This document shows positions 28,105 to 36,904 of a DNA stretch of 64,000 nucleotides, piece by piece. A model generated the notes under the pieces. That model was given only the letters and a program-made list of their open reading frames with translations. It did not search any database and was not told the origin of the DNA. Position 1 is the stretch's first letter. Every line of letters starts with the position of its first letter. This stretch comes from a virus, in the IMG/VR virus record IMGVR_UViG_3300027851_001140, positions 30,857 to 94,856 of that record; one strand, 5' to 3'. The position numbers were made by a program, and so were the translations under genes.

Positions 28105-31100
28105 TCAACGCCACACAGGGGGAACCTCAGTATCCGTGAGTGTGCCCGTTACAGAGAATGTGGCAGCCCCTCCATTTAGTGAGGGCCAACCAGGTGCCAA
28201 TGCACCACCATTTAGTTCATCCCAGCTAATACCGCCATCGACCCAGGCCCTAGCATCCGCCACTGCTGCCCAATGGTCAATGACCTGGTCATCTGTCAGT
28301 ACACCAGCAAGGTAAGCAACACCCAGAATTTCAAAATCCGCTGCTTCGGCGATACCAAAAGGGCCTAGGCCAATCACGGGTGCGATGCCAGTAGCAGTAA
28401 AGGAGCTTGCAGCACCTCCCGCTGCCCTGGATCCATTCACAGCACCATAAATGTTAGTACCATCAAAGATACAATGAAGCAGGCATAGCTTTCCTGCATT
28501 CGCAAACAATGACCCCGCTGGACCGAGTATGAACTGCGGTGCGCTGACGCCGTCACCAGATGAGAAATAAAACCCTTGTGTAACCTGCCATCCGACTAAA
28601 TATCCTGTATGGTTGATGAATGTGTTTGCCGTGTGTAGGAGCACGGAGTCAACAGGATCACGACGTCGAGGACGTGCAAGCACTGCTAGTGAGTACCCAG
28701 TAGGGTCCCCTTGGTAGTCTGAGGTTGTTGCTGTCATGTAGTCAGAGCCGCTAAATCCGCGAACTGCATCAAAGTTCACAGCACCACCACTAGGGTTACC
28801 TCCAACCAGCGTGCTGCCTACACGTCGTGCATATTCACCGTCAGCAATAGCACCAAGGGTAAGCAGTGTTGGTCCGCTTGTCTCCCTAATGCCTCGAACA
28901 TCCGGACTTGCAGCAGTACCCCCCAATTGTCCCCCGATAAGAACAGGGTCCCCACCAACAGCAGTAGCACCTGACCTTCTAAAGAATTGGCCGTCTGCAA
29001 TGGCCCCAAAAGTGAGCAGCGTGGGACCGCTGGTCTCTCGAACACCACGTACGTCCGGAACAGTAGTCGAACCACCAATTTGACCACCGATCTTTACTGA
29101 CGTAGAAGCGGGGTCTCCAACAAGGGCGAGACCAGAGAATTTATCATCGACAACACTTAGGGAACCTACCAGTGCCAGGTCGTTACTGCCAATGGCATCA
29201 GTAACAGTAGCGGGAACAGAACCAACTGGAAGTGAAGCGAAACTCCATCTTGACGTGAAGACTCCGTTAGGAAGATCTCCCGTAGCTAAGAATATTCTCA
29301 AGGCTTCTTCATGTTGAGCATCTGTCAGTACACCATCTGTCTTAGCGGCAAGAGCAAAGAGCGTAGCATTCTCCAATGCACCTGATGTTGCTGAACCGCC
29401 GGGACGTCCAACTCGAAATGGGTTCACGCTTGGAGTATACCCAGTCATTGCTGCAGAGAATATTGTCTGTCCTGCAATTTTCAAGAATCGCGTGGTTCCA
29501 TTGAAGCCCATAGAAAGGGGAACTAACGGCTTCCTAAATGTTGTACCTAAAAGCCACTCTTGTAGGAAATTACTGAGCAAGGTACTACTACCATCAGTAA
29601 TAGAGTGCCTTGGACGGTCCCCCTGCAGCCATAAGTGATATCCAGGACCCACGAACTCGCTCGCAGTGGACGCGATGTAGTTGTTTACGATTAGAGACCC
29701 CCGTAATAGCCCATCAACATTGAGGAGACCATAGATCTCAAATCCAGGGGAAGCATTGCCCGCAAGGTCTGCGGGAGTTGCTGCTTCTAAATAGTTCGCA
29801 AGCGTGAACCCTCGAATACCTCTGAAGGTGCTACTTCCACCACCAGGTATTCCACCGATTACTGATGTTCCGGAGCGTCGGAAGTACTCGCCGTCTGCAA
29901 CAGCACCCATTGTGAGGAGCGTAGGTCCACTGGTCTCACGTACGCCACGAACATCGGGGCTCGCTGCTGTTCCTCCGAGTTGACCCGCGAGATCTACTTT
30001 TGATCCGAGTTTTGTATCAGTATCATTACGTACTTCTACAATTGCTGCCTGTACATCAGTTGCTGCAATGTCCCCATTAGGTGTGAAGTCCACCTCCGAA
30101 CCCTGATAATCTAGAATGGTCTTTACAGACGCTGCAGAAAGAGCAGCAATAGGAGACCCCCCATCTGAGGCTCGACCAAGTATTGTGTTGTTTCCTACAG
30201 AAAGAGGACTTGGAGAACCCGTACCTGACTGTTGGACTAACAACGAGTGTGCAGGGGTATAATCACTCTCCATGACCGCACCGGCGGCAGCGACGTTTGC
30301 GGCATCGGTGACATCAGCATTTGTCTCTATGGTATCCAGCTTTGTTCCATCCGCAGAGACGTCACGACCATCTACTGTCCCCACATTTGAGACGTCCTGT
30401 CCTCCCATGTCGAGGTCTCCAGTCATGGCGCGCACGCCATTGACCAGGAGATATTGGGTATGATCGTCGTCGGCAAGCCCAGTCAATGCGCCGTGGTCTG
30501 TTACTCCACCGCCCGCTCCAATCTGTCTCCAAACAGCGGCACCTACAGAAGCATCGGCACAAAAATATATTTGTCTAGCTACTACGTCTACCCAAAGAGA
30601 CCCAACGGAATACCCTAAAGAAGAATCGCTAGAGGACGTGGGCCCCACTACCGCAAGAAGATTATCCTGCAAAACTGAGTAAGACCCTGCTCCAACACGA
30701 CGAAGAAATCCTACGTTAGAACCAGCAAAGTCACTACCCATGACTGCGCCAGCAGCCGCAACGTTGGCCGCATCTGTCACGTCAGCATTTGTTTCTATAG
30801 TATCAAGTTTGGCACCATCAACAGAAACATCTCTGCCATCTACGGTCCCAGGAGTGGATATGTTTCCGCCATCAGAGACAGTAACAACACTGTCCTTTAG
30901 ACTAGTTCCATCCACTCCATCAAATCTAGGGACAGCATTATTTGTGGAAGAAATAGGCCCAGTTACGAATCCACCAGGACCAGACCCATCCACGTAAGCA
31001 ATCGTAGCTCCTTCTGCGCCATCGTCGGAAGAGTCTGGGTTCTTACCAGTAGCCCAAGAAATAGCACCAGTTGAAGCCAGTCTGACTAACGTAGGACGTA

Positions 31101-31224
31101 TTGCTTCCAACTGCGCTATAGTGACTGGTATAGTCACAGTTCTTCTCGGAGGAACAGTGCCTAACTCAGAGTTCAGAACCACGCTAGTTAGTTGGTTATT
31201 TTGTATTACCAGTATCATGATCAA
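28105..31224 (-). CDS. Fibre/receptor-binding protein with internal repeats and two lectin/LamG-like domains
   Basis: Gly/Thr/Ala-rich 1039 aa; DHGALTGLADDDHTQY fibre motif; repeated shaft modules; two paralogous beta-sandwich-like domains. Confidence 0.8.
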   Translation of the reverse strand: MIMILVIQNNQLTSVVLNSELGTVPPRRTVTIPVTIAQLEAIRPTLVRLASTGAISWATGKNPDSSDDGAEGATIAYVDGSGPGGFVTGPISSTNNAVPRFDGVDGTSLKDSVVTVSDGGNISTPGTVDGRDVSVDGAKLDTIETNADVTDAANVAAAGAVMGSDFAGSNVGFLRRVGAGSYSVLQDNLLAVVGPTSSSDSSLGYSVGSLWVDVVARQIYFCADASVGAAVWRQIGAGGGVTDHGALTGLADDDHTQYLLVNGVRAMTGDLDMGGQDVSNVGTVDGRDVSADGTKLDTIETNADVTDAANVAAAGAVMESDYTPAHSLLVQQSGTGSPSPLSVGNNTILGRASDGGSPIAALSAASVKTILDYQGSEVDFTPNGDIAATDVQAAIVEVRNDTDTKLGSKVDLAGQLGGTAASPDVRGVRETSGPTLLTMGAVADGEYFRRSGTSVIGGIPGGGSSTFRGIRGFTLANYLEAATPADLAGNASPGFEIYGLLNVDGLLRGSLIVNNYIASTASEFVGPGYHLWLQGDRPRHSITDGSSTLLSNFLQEWLLGTTFRKPLVPLSMGFNGTTRFLKIAGQTIFSAAMTGYTPSVNPFRVGRPGGSATSGALENATLFALAAKTDGVLTDAQHEEALRIFLATGDLPNGVFTSRWSFASLPVGSVPATVTDAIGSNDLALVGSLSVVDDKFSGLALVGDPASTSVKIGGQIGGSTTVPDVRGVRETSGPTLLTFGAIADGQFFRRSGATAVGGDPVLIGGQLGGTAASPDVRGIRETSGPTLLTLGAIADGEYARRVGSTLVGGNPSGGAVNFDAVRGFSGSDYMTATTSDYQGDPTGYSLAVLARPRRRDPVDSVLLHTANTFINHTGYLVGWQVTQGFYFSSGDGVSAPQFILGPAGSLFANAGKLCLLHCIFDGTNIYGAVNGSRAAGGAASSFTATGIAPVIGLGPFGIAEAADFEILGVAYLAGVLTDDQVIDHWAAVADARAWVDGGISWDELNGGALAPGWPSLNGGAATFSVTGTLTDTEVPPVWR
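28798..29985 (-). repeat. Three 135-nt (45 aa) repeats GQ(L/I)GG...PDVRG(V/I)RETSGPTLLT.GA.ADG in the fibre gene
   Basis: Copies at 29851-29985, 28951-29085 and 28798-28932. Confidence 0.9.
30271..30849 (-). repeat. Two 111-nt (37 aa) repeats GTVDGRDVS.DG.KLDTIETNADVTDAANVAAAGAVM
   Basis: Copies at 30739-30849 and 30271-30381; 35 of 37 residues identical with many synonymous changes. Confidence 0.9.
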
Positions 31225-32357
31225 AGAAGTCCAAGTCGGCTAAACAATGGAAGAACCTGATTCTGTCCTCCGTTTACTGTCTGAACCCTGGTTACGAGGC
31301 TCTGCAAACCAAAGTCGTAAGGACGAGTGGCAATAGCGCCAACACTAACCCTTCTAAGCATGTTTCTCTTAGTCTGCTGAAGCTGGCTATCGAGGTATTC
31401 TTTAAGCCTGCTCATGGCATCTGCGTAAACAGAAGTGCGATCGACGTCCAAAGTAACAGTTTGACCGCTGAAATTGAACTTAAGCTCTCCTTCGCTAAGG
31501 TACTGAGCATTAAGACCCCACCAGGCAGCAGCCATGAGAAGAAAATTAGTCATACCAAAAGAGGTGGGCCAATTTACCAAAGTCCACCCAGAGATAGGAT
31601 TGACGGCGTTAACAAAGTCTGCACCTCTCAAAAGGTATTCATATAGGTCAGAGTCGGAGTAAGATTGTACGTGACCTATTTTCTTTTGGACTTTATCAAT
31701 TAGCATTCTAAGGCTCGGCTGAATCCACCAATACATCATTTCAGGAACTCTTATCTGCTGAACCATGGTAGTTGCAGGAGAGATAGGAGTCTGTCGAGTG
31801 GTCCAAACGACAAGATAACAGCCAGATGTAGTGAGAACGGGGGTGTCTACATAGTAGGAGTACAATCCATCTGACTGTATCACCTGAACAGCAGGAGAAA
31901 GATTCAGTTCGGATCCTCCCTGACACACCAAAACAACCTGAACCTGGTCTTGAGGGTGCTTGAACTTTATAATGGCACGTTCTGAATTGTTCAGATAGGT
32001 AAGATTTGTGTATGCCCTTTCATCTGGAGAAGCCTCTATGTTGTCTATGACAACAAAATTTGACTGCCTCTCTATCTGCCTTCCTCCAGGAGTAACCATC
32101 ATCCAGTCGATGCGCCATGGATTGTCCAACCCAGACAGTTCTAGGTCTGCAGGAACAAACCAAGTAAATCTCCATCGTCCTTCTCCTGCTGAGAGTCCTA
32201 CACCAGATTGGATTACCTCCTCTGTAGGAGAGACGATGGAAATAGAAGGATAGGCAACGGGGTCTAACGGAACAAGAGGAGTGCCGTCTTCTTCGAGAAA
32301 AAGCTGCTCAAAAACTACAGGTGTTCCTCTTACAACCTTTTGTGGGGAAATAGCCAT
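31221..32357 (-). CDS. Putative head-tail connector/neck protein
   Basis: Ig-like N-terminal region plus helical C-terminal domain (LRMLIDK...SDSDLYEYL...FSGQTVTLDVDR); structural context. Confidence 0.55.
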   Translation of the reverse strand: MAISPQKVVRGTPVVFEQLFLEEDGTPLVPLDPVAYPSISIVSPTEEVIQSGVGLSAGEGRWRFTWFVPADLELSGLDNPWRIDWMMVTPGGRQIERQSNFVVIDNIEASPDERAYTNLTYLNNSERAIIKFKHPQDQVQVVLVCQGGSELNLSPAVQVIQSDGLYSYYVDTPVLTTSGCYLVVWTTRQTPISPATTMVQQIRVPEMMYWWIQPSLRMLIDKVQKKIGHVQSYSDSDLYEYLLRGADFVNAVNPISGWTLVNWPTSFGMTNFLLMAAAWWGLNAQYLSEGELKFNFSGQTVTLDVDRTSVYADAMSRLKEYLDSQLQQTKRNMLRRVSVGAIATRPYDFGLQSLVTRVQTVNGGQNQVLPLFSRLGLL

Positions 32358-32443
32358 AGTCTAGAAGCTCTCAGTCATTATTTGAAATGTGCTGCTATTC
32401 CAAATAACTAGCAAAGAAAATAGACCTATCTCCAACGAGGAAA

Positions 32444-33577
32444 TTGGTGAGCGCAAGAGGCTACAGACCTAAGGATGACGATAGGGTAACGGCAGACACC
32501 GATATCCTTGGAGACCTTCCACAGCGACATGCTAGGGAAGATTTGATACCCATTATAGCTAGAAAGAGTCAAAATGCATCTAATGTGGACCCAGTTTATT
32601 TTGAATACTTCCAAAAGGTAAAAACAGGAAGAAGATGTTCCTGCTTTGAGATAGAAAGCGAGCCAGCAGGAATATGTCCGGTATGTTATGGGACTGGAAT
32701 TGTAGGAGGATTCAATAAGAGGGGAACAAAAACAGAAGTTTTCGACGTGACGTATCCAAACGTGTCATGCGCAAACACCTCTCCAGACTACACCAATCCT
32801 ACAAGACCTATATTCTGGTCGCTCATAAAATCCGCAGTGTATGGGACCATAGACTTCGATTTGTGGGTAAAGAGTAACACAGGAATACTAGACCTTATGG
32901 AAGTGAAAGACTTCCAACCGGAAGGGACTTCTATAAATTACTACATAAAATCTCCTTCAGAATCAGATTTTGTGAGTCTTACGGAGGATAATCTTAGAGT
33001 ACGTCTTGGCCAACAGAAGATAATGTTTAGAGTGGTGATGAAGAGAGTGTCTCCTGTTGCACCACTTCCTAAACTTATATCCATCAGAATAGCCTACAGA
33101 CTGATATGCAACACGGAAGTAAGAGTCAATATACCTAGAGTCGAAGAGTCTTTGGCGCTAGAAGACTTAGGGATATACCAAAGCTTTAGCAGTCAATCAT
33201 TTTGGTTGGACAACACACTAAAAAACATGTCCACGGAAGATTGGCTCTATAACACTTTAGACGGAACAAGGTGGAAGGTCACCACGGTATCAGACAATAA
33301 ACCGCTGGGAATACTAACATCCTGGGATATTACTGCGAGGCTTATACAGCAGTACGAGGGTTATTCCATAGTGCCCGTAGGCAAGACAGTAGACAAGAAA
33401 CTTCCAGAGTTTGTCAAATCGATTCAAACAGATAAAGAAAAGGAAGATTTCGTATTAAAGAGTAACGCAAATCATCTTCGCAGACCTGGAAACAGGTCAG
33501 AAACCTCAACTCCAGATGGGCCCCATGTGACTCCTCCGGGACAAACTGACGTGAGCAAAGTAAGGAGAGAGGTGTAA
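32444..33577 (+). CDS. Putative neck/head-closure protein with Zn-binding motif
   Basis: GAGG RBS; GRRCSC...CPVCYGTGIVGGF. Confidence 0.55.
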   Translation: MVSARGYRPKDDDRVTADTDILGDLPQRHAREDLIPIIARKSQNASNVDPVYFEYFQKVKTGRRCSCFEIESEPAGICPVCYGTGIVGGFNKRGTKTEVFDVTYPNVSCANTSPDYTNPTRPIFWSLIKSAVYGTIDFDLWVKSNTGILDLMEVKDFQPEGTSINYYIKSPSESDFVSLTEDNLRVRLGQQKIMFRVVMKRVSPVAPLPKLISIRIAYRLICNTEVRVNIPRVEESLALEDLGIYQSFSSQSFWLDNTLKNMSTEDWLYNTLDGTRWKVTTVSDNKPLGILTSWDITARLIQQYEGYSIVPVGKTVDKKLPEFVKSIQTDKEKEDFVLKSNANHLRRPGNRSETSTPDGPHVTPPGQTDVSKVRREV

Positions 33578-33579
33578 TC

Positions 33580-33783
33580 GTGTCAGACATCAAGAAAAAA
33601 TACCTTCAGATGTTCGAAGAGCTGAAGAGTAGTAGAGCGAGAGAGGCAGAGATTTTAGATCGAATGGGCCTTCTTTGGCAAGCCATGACGTTGGAAGAAC
33701 GAGATGAAGTGGACGCACTACACCTAAGCTGGCCACCTCCCGCTTCTGGAATATTCACCGCACAAAATAGGAACAAAAAATGA
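33580..33783 (+). CDS. Hypothetical protein
   Basis: 67 aa, GAGG RBS, ATGA overlap downstream. Confidence 0.6.
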   Translation: MSDIKKKYLQMFEELKSSRAREAEILDRMGLLWQAMTLEERDEVDALHLSWPPPASGIFTAQNRNKK

Positions 33784-34178
33784 CAATAGAAATAAGAAGG
33801 GCGGATCCAACTGGAATACCTCCGGACAACAACCCAGCAACTGCAGTACCTCTGACTGTGCCAGACAAAGCTGTTATCGTGCTAGGAACCAAGATGTTTG
33901 GATCGTCGGACGTTGGATTTATAAGCAGATCCAACCAAAGTAGGTTGATAGGCTCTAGGTCTAATGGAAGGTTTGGAAGCACAGACAGAACCATGCCCTC
34001 GCATGGTAACACACTAATCATAGGGTTTGACCCTGTAATTATACCCCAAGAAACCATGGGTAAGATAGATCAATTCGTTAAAGACGCCCTAGCAGATCTT
34101 ATCTTCAGAAAGCTAGTCATAGTAAACGAAACAGGTGGACCAAGACTAACTCCGGATCAGATGAGGACATACACCTGA
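33780..34178 (+). CDS. Hypothetical protein
   Basis: 132 aa, AGGA RBS, coupled. Confidence 0.65.
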   Translation: MTIEIRRADPTGIPPDNNPATAVPLTVPDKAVIVLGTKMFGSSDVGFISRSNQSRLIGSRSNGRFGSTDRTMPSHGNTLIIGFDPVIIPQETMGKIDQFVKDALADLIFRKLVIVNETGGPRLTPDQMRTYT

Positions 34179-34187
34179 TGGTAGGAT

Positions 34188-34607
34188 GTGAAAAAAGTGG
34201 ATATAGAGCTGAGACAACACCAGGATGGAAGGTTCTTCTTGGACATAAGAACAGGTTCAAGCAGAACAGAAATAGAAATCACATCCATTATTCATGAGAT
34301 TTTTCTTGGAAAGCTCATGGAGTTGCAGTCTCGTGTCAAGGCAGAGGAAAAATATAGTGACTGGGTAGTAGGGAAGGCCAAGGCCGCATCTTCTGTGCTG
34401 ACTACCACGTATGCGAGATACAAAAACATCAGGGATAGACTGTATCAGACTAATATTTTAGTTACAGAGTTGTTAGAATCATGGAGAAAAAGCAGAAGCA
34501 TCACTCGATTGATGATGGACCTAGAGTCGACGTCGAAACAGAACAATCACTTCCTCGAAAACGACAACACGCTAAGCGAACTAGAGAGGTCGATACGAGG
34601 AGAGTAA
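34188..34607 (+). CDS. Hypothetical protein
   Basis: 139 aa ORF in the plus-strand operon. Confidence 0.6.
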   Translation: MKKVDIELRQHQDGRFFLDIRTGSSRTEIEITSIIHEIFLGKLMELQSRVKAEEKYSDWVVGKAKAASSVLTTTYARYKNIRDRLYQTNILVTELLESWRKSRSITRLMMDLESTSKQNNHFLENDNTLSELERSIRGE

Positions 34608-35047
34608 AAATACTAGCAATGGACCCAGGTAAGGTAAACTTTGCCTGGGTCCATTGGTGTAATGGAGTACAGGAGGCGGGTTGGTTGTCCACCATGCCTG
34701 ATGTAAATAATGACGCAGAATTCATGAATGAATTCATAGAACTAGTGGTCAGGATACAACCTGATTTTGTTGTTCTAGAGAGGTTTATGGTGAGAAACAG
34801 AGGGCAGTCTGTTCACTCAGAGATCATAAATCAAATGATAGGAAGAATAGCTGTTATATCCAGAACTCACGGCGGAAGAGATGTGGTACAACTAACAGCG
34901 GCCCAATGGAAAAATTGGTGGAACAAGCAGAAAAAGAAAAATTGGGAAGAGCTGTACGAGTTCCTACCATCTGTCCACCAGAGGGACGCCGCTGGAATAG
35001 CAGGATATCTGGAAGAGGCGTGGATACCAAAGCATTGTGTTAGGTGA
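34481..35047 (+). CDS. ruvC: RuvC-like Holliday junction resolvase (true start probably near 34604-34610)
   Basis: ILAMDPGKVNFAW, PDFVVLERF, AAQWK, HQRDAAGIA (D-E-D catalytic pattern). Confidence 0.8.
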   Translation: MEKKQKHHSIDDGPRVDVETEQSLPRKRQHAKRTREVDTRRVKILAMDPGKVNFAWVHWCNGVQEAGWLSTMPDVNNDAEFMNEFIELVVRIQPDFVVLERFMVRNRGQSVHSEIINQMIGRIAVISRTHGGRDVVQLTAAQWKNWWNKQKKKNWEELYEFLPSVHQRDAAGIAGYLEEAWIPKHCVR

Positions 35048-35050
35048 CCG

Positions 35051-35752
35051 ATGAAACTTTTAGCAGAAATGGGATTTGAGGCTCCGATAAAGAGGCCCAC
35101 CAAAAAGACAGAAAAAGAGCTAAAAGATATGATGGTCGCCTACATTGTCAACAATGACAGGTCTGCTCTAACGTCCAGAATAGAAGGTATACTGTATCTA
35201 CTGGAACACGGAAAGTACAAGCACATACTTGACCCTGGAAGCCAAGAATTTGCCTATAGGTTTATTGATACCAAAAATGTGTACCAGATGAGAGAAATAC
35301 TGAGAGTTCCTTTCCTCGAACCATCTGGCACGCCATACAAGATAGGCGGAGGAATATTGGTACCTGATGACAGGGGAATAAGCAGCTGGACCACGAATCC
35401 AAGATCTCTGGTGTACAGTGGGTTCTTCTCTGTCCTGCCCGAAGACAGCCATCTTGCTCTAGTTCGTGCAAGAATAAAAGAGAACAAGTTCTTCGGAAAT
35501 CCAGATAGTATGGCCTTATCCGTGGGCCTTCCAGAGGATTACTACGCCCCAGGCTACGCATTAGAAAGAGAAGTAGTAGGTGTAGGACCCATCTCGTATG
35601 ACGAAGGATACTTTGTAGCACGTAGGAGAGAAAGAAGCTTGGAGGGCCAAGCCATGGATTTAATAGATCGCCTTGTACCCATAAGTTCTATGGAAAAGGA
35701 AGACTGGACAGAGGATTATTACTTTCCAGATGGAGTAGATTTTAGGCCGTAA
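35051..35752 (+). CDS. Putative R-S-E clade ADP-ribosyltransferase
   Basis: Ordered motifs AYRF, ISSWTT, LEREVV. Confidence 0.5.
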   Translation: MKLLAEMGFEAPIKRPTKKTEKELKDMMVAYIVNNDRSALTSRIEGILYLLEHGKYKHILDPGSQEFAYRFIDTKNVYQMREILRVPFLEPSGTPYKIGGGILVPDDRGISSWTTNPRSLVYSGFFSVLPEDSHLALVRARIKENKFFGNPDSMALSVGLPEDYYAPGYALEREVVGVGPISYDEGYFVARRRERSLEGQAMDLIDRLVPISSMEKEDWTEDYYFPDGVDFRP

Positions 35753-36692
35753 TCCAAGCAGAATCATGACTCACTTTAGAGTCATAGATGCTGAATTCCA
35801 CTATTTCTTTCTCAACAGAGAAAGAGTTAGCCAGCAGGTCCCTTTTAATGGAGTCTACCCGTTCCCTAAAGTCTTCCTGAAGAAGAGTGTAACTCCTAAA
35901 AGTAACCATGATGGTGTATGTGCCATCATCGTACTTCTTAAATGCGTTCCTACTCTTGTGTGCCTGATGCTTCTTGGCAATGTCGTTCAGGGCAGACTCC
36001 CTGTCAGAAGTACAGAGAGTGTTGAGATGGCACTCGAAGTAGCAATTTGGAGGCATTTTGGCATTCTGGTGCAGTTTGGAGGGTGCTGCTGGGTGCCAAG
36101 GAATGGTTTCTATCTTCTCTCTAAGTACAGAGAACCCTTCGACATCTAGCCCAGTCGAAATTCTCTTCATCTCCTCAAAGGCAGCTCTGTTATCTCCCAT
36201 AATAATGGAGCTAGTCATTAGATCCTTCATGATCTTGTCATCTTTGAGATGAAGGTCCAGAAGAATTGGCTTGACCTTGAGACGATTGCATGCCTCCTTA
36301 AAAGAGGAGAGATTCATGTCGCTATGTGTAGGTGTGACAGTGACATGAATCTCGTATGGGATGGGGTAAGATACTCTTCCTTCCCTTGCTTGTAGGTCAG
36401 CCCATGTCTTCATTTTATGGGATACCATCTGCTCGAATTCTTCATCAGAAAAATCCATGTCATGAGCGATGGAAGTGAGGACCAGATAACAATCAGCTAG
36501 CTCCTCCAGGATACGGATTCTGTCTACGAAACGATGAGTGGTAGCATAAGCGTTTTCGTAAGGAAGGATAACCTTAGCCAGTTCGCCAACCTCTTCTGTA
36601 AGCTTGAGTGTCTTTTGAGCAAGAGTTTTCTTGTCCGCTTTGGACAGAGTTCGAATGTAGTCAAGAATCTTCTTTTCCATGGTATCTTTCAC
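35742..36692 (-). CDS. MazG-like NTP pyrophosphohydrolase fused to an unknown C-terminal domain
   Basis: KLTEEVGELAK...ILEELADC (EExxE...ExxD). Confidence 0.8.
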   Translation of the reverse strand: MKDTMEKKILDYIRTLSKADKKTLAQKTLKLTEEVGELAKVILPYENAYATTHRFVDRIRILEELADCYLVLTSIAHDMDFSDEEFEQMVSHKMKTWADLQAREGRVSYPIPYEIHVTVTPTHSDMNLSSFKEACNRLKVKPILLDLHLKDDKIMKDLMTSSIIMGDNRAAFEEMKRISTGLDVEGFSVLREKIETIPWHPAAPSKLHQNAKMPPNCYFECHLNTLCTSDRESALNDIAKKHQAHKSRNAFKKYDDGTYTIMVTFRSYTLLQEDFRERVDSIKRDLLANSFSVEKEIVEFSIYDSKVSHDSAWITA

Positions 36693-36904
36693 GACAAAAT
36701 GACGAACTCTTCTGAGTCCTCATCGTCAGCGTCACACTCCTGATAACCGCTTTCTGGACCACCTTCGTCATAAAAACAGTGGTCAACATCTGCCAAGGAA
36801 GCCCTACAGTAGATTCCTGGATAGGAGGTAGGAACAAGCACAGGAAGGTCTCCGTGCTTCTCCTTCAGCCGGGTTAGTCTGTCAATCAAGTCACTTACAC
36901 GCAT
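36689..36904 (-). CDS. Hypothetical small acidic protein
   Basis: MRVSDLIDRL...HGDLPV, a common phage small-protein pattern; coupled on both sides. Confidence 0.7.
   Translation of the reverse strand: MRVSDLIDRLTRLKEKHGDLPVLVPTSYPGIYCRASLADVDHCFYDEGGPESGYQECDADDEDSEEFVILS

Noticed and set aside
28105-31224. Diversity-generating retroelement TR/VR pair in the fibre gene
   Set aside because: Repeats are in-frame shaft modules with mostly synonymous, non-adenine-specific differences, and there is no reverse transcriptase in the window.
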